DNA of 64,000 nt from an uncultured Bacilli bacterium (GTDB taxonomy: Bacteria; Bacillota_I; Bacilli_A; RF39; UBA660), in assembly GCA_910587325.1 (NCBI GenBank), contig CAJUKB010000006.1, forward strand, positions 831-64,830, given 5' to 3'. Within the stretch, counting starts at the first letter, position 1, and each line of letters starts with the position of its first letter. The position numbers and the translations under genes are program-made. The notes beneath the pieces were generated by a model. The model did no database searches and had not been told where the DNA came from. It saw only the letters and a list, made by a program, of their open reading frames with translations. Below, one piece after another: positions 60,859 through 64,000 of this stretch.

Positions 60859-61181
60859 TTTATCTCCTTTATTAAGTCTTTTAACTCTTTTTTCATATTT
60901 ATAAATGGTAAATCTACACAACTTTTCTTTATCATTATAATATAATCATAGTAATTTGGAAAGTCTTCTTTTAATTCATCAATTATGGCTCTTACTTGAC
61001 GTTTTAATTTATTTCGTACTACTGCATTTCCAAGTTTTTTAGAAACTGCAATTCCAAACTTCTTATTTGTTTCTTCTTTTTTCCTTATATATAATACAAA
61101 ACTTTTATTTTTAAAAAAGGGACTATTCTTGATAATTGTATTAAAATCTATTTTTGATTTAACAACTTCTTGTTTTTTCAT
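60855..61181 (-). CDS. rnpA: Ribonuclease P protein component
   Basis: 108 aa, basic. KKLGNAVVRNKLKRQVRAII motif. Between rpmH and yidC. Confidence 0.85.
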   Translation of the reverse strand: MKKQEVVKSKIDFNTIIKNSPFFKNKSFVLYIRKKEETNKKFGIAVSKKLGNAVVRNKLKRQVRAIIDELKEDFPNYYDYIIMIKKSCVDLPFINMKKELKDLIKEIK

Positions 61182-61204
61182 ACTATCCCTTCCTTATATA
61201 ATAT

Positions 61205-61230
61205 AGCAAAAAAACCACAAGAATGTGGTT
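61205..61230 (-). terminator. Rho-independent terminator after rpmH
   Basis: Minus-strand AAACCACATTCTTGTGGTTTTTTTGC: 8-bp stem, 4-nt loop, U-tract. Confidence 0.6.
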
Positions 61231-61358
61231 TATTTCGTAATTAAGTTCTTACGACCTTTTTTTCTTCTATTTTTTAAAATTTTAGTTTCTTTACGTGCAA
61301 AAAATCCATGTTTTTTCGCTTTTTTTCTTTTATTTGGTTGATAAGTACCTATTTTCAT
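61230..61358 (-). CDS. rpmH: 50S ribosomal protein L34
   Basis: MKIGTYQPNKRKKAKKHGFFARKETKILKNRRKKGRKNLITK. Not in the ORF track because it is <60 aa. Confidence 0.85.
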   Translation of the reverse strand: MKIGTYQPNKRKKAKKHGFFARKETKILKNRRKKGRKNLITK

Positions 61359-61478
61359 AATCGTTTCCTCCTTTAAATCTAAAGCTCCCTTATTATAATA
61401 TTATTAAATTCATAATGTCAAGGAATAGATATTATTTTATTCAGTGTTTGGGTAAAAATATCATTTAAATTTTTGATA

Positions 61479-62087
61479 TTAATAAGCACGATGAACATCT
61501 GAACCATTCCATCTATTAAAATTAGAAAATAATGATAGTCTTCTTGCTCTATTTATTTTTCTTTCTTCATTTACAGGAATATTTCTTATATTATCTAAAG
61601 CAATTTCAAAATATTTAGTAGCCGTTTCATCATCGATATTAGGGTGGGCTTGTTTTATTTTAGAATAAATGGCTTTTGCTAAATCTAAATCACATGCTAT
61701 TTCAATTCCTTTTAGACTGCCAATAAAAGGGTTTTTTTGAAAATAATCATACATTATTTTTTTATCAGGTGATAAAAAATTACTATCGCAATCTAAATCT
61801 AAAGCTCTAGTATCTAATCCACATTTGATACAACCACAATCTTTATAAGCCCTTCCTTCCGTTCTATCATGTTCGATACTAGAATATACTAATATATGTT
61901 CACAAGATGCATATTCTTCTTTTTTCATATCTTCATACAAAAGAAGTTGTTTTTCATTTAAATTTTTATTTTCTTCTGTTAATTCTAAATAATCTTTAAT
62001 TATTGCACTTTCTTCAAATTCTTTAATTGCTTTTTCTACTTCTTCCTTTCGTTCTACTAATTTATTATATTCTTCTGATTCACTCAT
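61479..62087 (-). CDS. Hypothetical Cys-containing protein located between rpmH and dnaA
   Basis: 202-aa ORF with a CEH...CGCIKC...C cluster. No family recognised. Confidence 0.5.
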   Translation of the reverse strand: MSESEEYNKLVERKEEVEKAIKEFEESAIIKDYLELTEENKNLNEKQLLLYEDMKKEEYASCEHILVYSSIEHDRTEGRAYKDCGCIKCGLDTRALDLDCDSNFLSPDKKIMYDYFQKNPFIGSLKGIEIACDLDLAKAIYSKIKQAHPNIDDETATKYFEIALDNIRNIPVNEERKINRARRLSLFSNFNRWNGSDVHRAY

Positions 62088-62185
62088 ATAAACCTCCCTT
62101 TGCTATGAGAATTATAACATTTTTTGTTTTACTATTCACTAGTTTTTTATATATTTCTATTTAAAAAAATTATTGTCTATAAAAA

Positions 62186-62354
62186 TGTGGATACTTTTTT
62201 AACTTATTCCTTATTGAAATAGACATATCAACACTATGAACATAATGTTGATAAACTATATGAACAATGTTTATAATTTATAAACTAAAATTTGTGGATA
62301 ATGTTGATAAATTAAGAAAAGTCAGTTATTATAATGGCAAATTCATGTGGATAA
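62186..62354. promoter_or_regulatory. oriC DnaA-box cluster upstream of dnaA
   Basis: TGTGGATAC (62186-94), TGTGGATAA (62293-301), TGTGGATAA (62346-54). One-mismatch boxes TGTTGATAA / TGTGCATAA nearby. AT-rich. Confidence 0.7.
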
Positions 62355-62454
62355 CATGTGCATAACCATGTGTTTTATTTTTTTCACTTTTCAATAGTTG
62401 ATTATTGAGATACAATGAAATTACTTAAGGTAGCAGAGAGTGGGGTGAGGGAAT

Positions 62455-63807
62455 TTGCTAGTTGAAGAGTTGTGGAATACTTTTTTAGAAACAATTAAAA
62501 AAGAAATTAATTCCGCTTCATACAGTGCTTGGTTTCATGATTTAAAATTACTTAATGTGGAGAAGGATTCTTTAACTATTCAAGTTCCAATGGAAATCCA
62601 CAAAAAAATACTTGGAGATAATTATTATTCTCTTATGGAAGAAATTTTATTTAATCTATCAGGCATTACATATAATATAAAATTTGTTTTAGAAGAGGAA
62701 AAACAAGTAGAAAATAGTCTTTCTCCTCCTACTATAGAAAATACGAAAGTGGATGCATTATGGGAAAGCAATTTGGATAAGACTCTCAATTTTGATAATT
62801 ATATTGTGGGAAATACCAATCGTTTTGCAAAAGTAGCTGGTATGGCAGTAGCAGAACAACCAGGAAAAATTCACAATCCTTTATTTATATATGGAAAAAG
62901 TGGCCTTGGAAAAACACACTTAATGCATGCAATTGGAAATTTTATTACAGAAACAACCAATAAAAAAGTCTTATACACAACTAGTGATATGTTTATGAAC
63001 GAATATATTGGTATTGCAGGAATGGAAAAAGGAAAAAATGCGATTGATTATTCCAACAACTTTAAAAATAAATACCGAAATGTCGATGTATTAATTATCG
63101 ACGATATCCAATACTTAGTTGGAGCAGATAAAACACAAGAAGAATTCTTCTATACCTTTAATGCTCTTCATCAAGCCAATAAACAAATTATTATTAGTTC
63201 CGATAGAAGTCCGGATGACTTAAAAAAAATAGAAGAACGGCTTAGAAGTAGATTTATGTGGGGATTGCCTGTAAATATTGACCCTCCTGATTTTGATCTT
63301 CGAGTACGGATTATTAAACAAAAGTTAAAAGGAAAGAGTATTGAAGATAAGATTGATGAAGAAGTCATTGAATTTATCGCAAATAATTGCCAAAACGATG
63401 TCCGTTTCCTAGAAGGAACTTTAAATCGATTAATGGCCTATACCGCTATGATAGTTCCCAATAGAATTGATTTAGAATTTGCTAACGAAGCTTTAAAAGA
63501 TTATTTGAATGTAAATATATATTCCGATAACTCTATAGAAAATATTCAAAAAGCAGTATCGGATTTTTACAATATTACAATAGAAGATTTAAAAGGAAAA
63601 AAACGAAGTAATAAAATCGCATATCCTAGACAAATTGGGATGTATTTAGCTAGAATGCTAACAGAAGAAACGGTTTCAAGAATTGGACTAGAGTTTGGAG
63701 GACGAGACCATTCTACTGTTATTCACGCTTGTGATAAGATTACGGAAGATTTAAAAACTAATAAAAAATTAGAAAGTGAGTTGCAGATGATAAAAAGTAA
63801 ATTTTAA
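62455..63807 (+). CDS. dnaA: Chromosomal replication initiator DnaA
   Basis: Walker A GKSGLGKTHL. AAA+ sensor motifs. C-terminal DNA-binding domain. TTG start with LVEELW N-terminus. Confidence 0.95.
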   Translation: MLVEELWNTFLETIKKEINSASYSAWFHDLKLLNVEKDSLTIQVPMEIHKKILGDNYYSLMEEILFNLSGITYNIKFVLEEEKQVENSLSPPTIENTKVDALWESNLDKTLNFDNYIVGNTNRFAKVAGMAVAEQPGKIHNPLFIYGKSGLGKTHLMHAIGNFITETTNKKVLYTTSDMFMNEYIGIAGMEKGKNAIDYSNNFKNKYRNVDVLIIDDIQYLVGADKTQEEFFYTFNALHQANKQIIISSDRSPDDLKKIEERLRSRFMWGLPVNIDPPDFDLRVRIIKQKLKGKSIEDKIDEEVIEFIANNCQNDVRFLEGTLNRLMAYTAMIVPNRIDLEFANEALKDYLNVNIYSDNSIENIQKAVSDFYNITIEDLKGKKRSNKIAYPRQIGMYLARMLTEETVSRIGLEFGGRDHSTVIHACDKITEDLKTNKKLESELQMIKSKF

Positions 63808-63809
63808 AA

Positions 63810-63919
63810 TGTGGATAAATGTGCATAACTTTAAAATGTAAAAGAGTAGTTATTCACACCAAAAAATAGAAAAATGCTAGATAAATAAAGAGATAGAATA
63901 CTTATCCACGTTATCCACT
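63810..63919. promoter_or_regulatory. DnaA-box cluster downstream of dnaA (dnaA-dnaN intergenic DUE/oriC part)
   Basis: TGTGGATAA (63810-18). Tandem TTATCCACG / TTATCCACT (63902-19). Very AT-rich spacer before dnaN. Confidence 0.7.
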
Positions 63920-63971
63920 CTATAATAAAAAAAATAATTAAAATTAAAAAATAAGAAAGAAGGAATGAATT

Positions 63972-64000
63972 ATGAAATTTGCAATTGATAAAAACATTTT
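63972..64000 (+). CDS. dnaN: DNA polymerase III beta subunit (start only)
   Basis: ATG with MKFAIDKNI. Typical DnaN N-terminus and position after dnaA. Confidence 0.5.

Noticed and set aside
63171-63368. 65-aa minus-strand ORF inside dnaA
   Set aside because: Antisense within dnaA.

Overview
AT-rich Firmicutes chromosome, window ending at the replication origin. Two parts. (A) 44-64 kb is the conserved oriC neighbourhood, all on the minus strand up to dnaA: noc/parB, rsmG, mnmG, mnmE, jag/khpB, yidC, rnpA, rpmH, then dnaA (+) with DnaA-box clusters on both sides and the start of dnaN. Extra genes are wedged between mnmG/mnmE, between mnmE/jag, and between rpmH/dnaA. (B) 10.19-44.02 kb is a ~33.8 kb integrative conjugative element. 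It is inserted by a large serine recombinase into an Amidase_3 + 4xLysM cell-wall amidase gene. The gene is split into an N-terminal fragment (44005..44334) and a C-terminal fragment (9258..10187). The crossover appears to lie in a CACCTC direct repeat. Each crossover is followed, 8 nt inside the element, by a perfect 12-bp inverted repeat (CCTTATGTATAG). The element length is 3n+1, so excision would rejoin the amidase as ...NAGG/GDGAEV... in frame. Conjugation genes: VirD4-like coupling protein, VirB4 ATPase, VirB3-like and VirB6-like proteins, M23 hydrolase, MOBP relaxase with a ribbon-helix-helix partner, SSB, a possible RepA_N-like protein, and a ParB-like nuclease-domain protein. Cargo: a complete type I R-M system (hsdM-hsdS-hsdR), a eukaryotic-like Ser/Thr kinase with an unknown N-terminal domain, a possible HEPN (Rx4H) protein, three highly acidic small proteins, and a thioester-domain/Cna-B adhesin with its own sortase. 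A paralogous adhesin-sortase pair sits at the window start on the chromosome. The left 10 kb also holds a Fic protein, tRNA-Trp, a SleB-like hydrolase, a possible AbiG-like two-gene pair, and a DUF2975/YozG-like pair. Between the dehydrogenase gene and parB are two diverged copies of a ~150-bp promoter/leader/small-ORF unit. No CRISPR arrays or rRNA were seen. All calls are from motif reading of the translations; no database search was possible.
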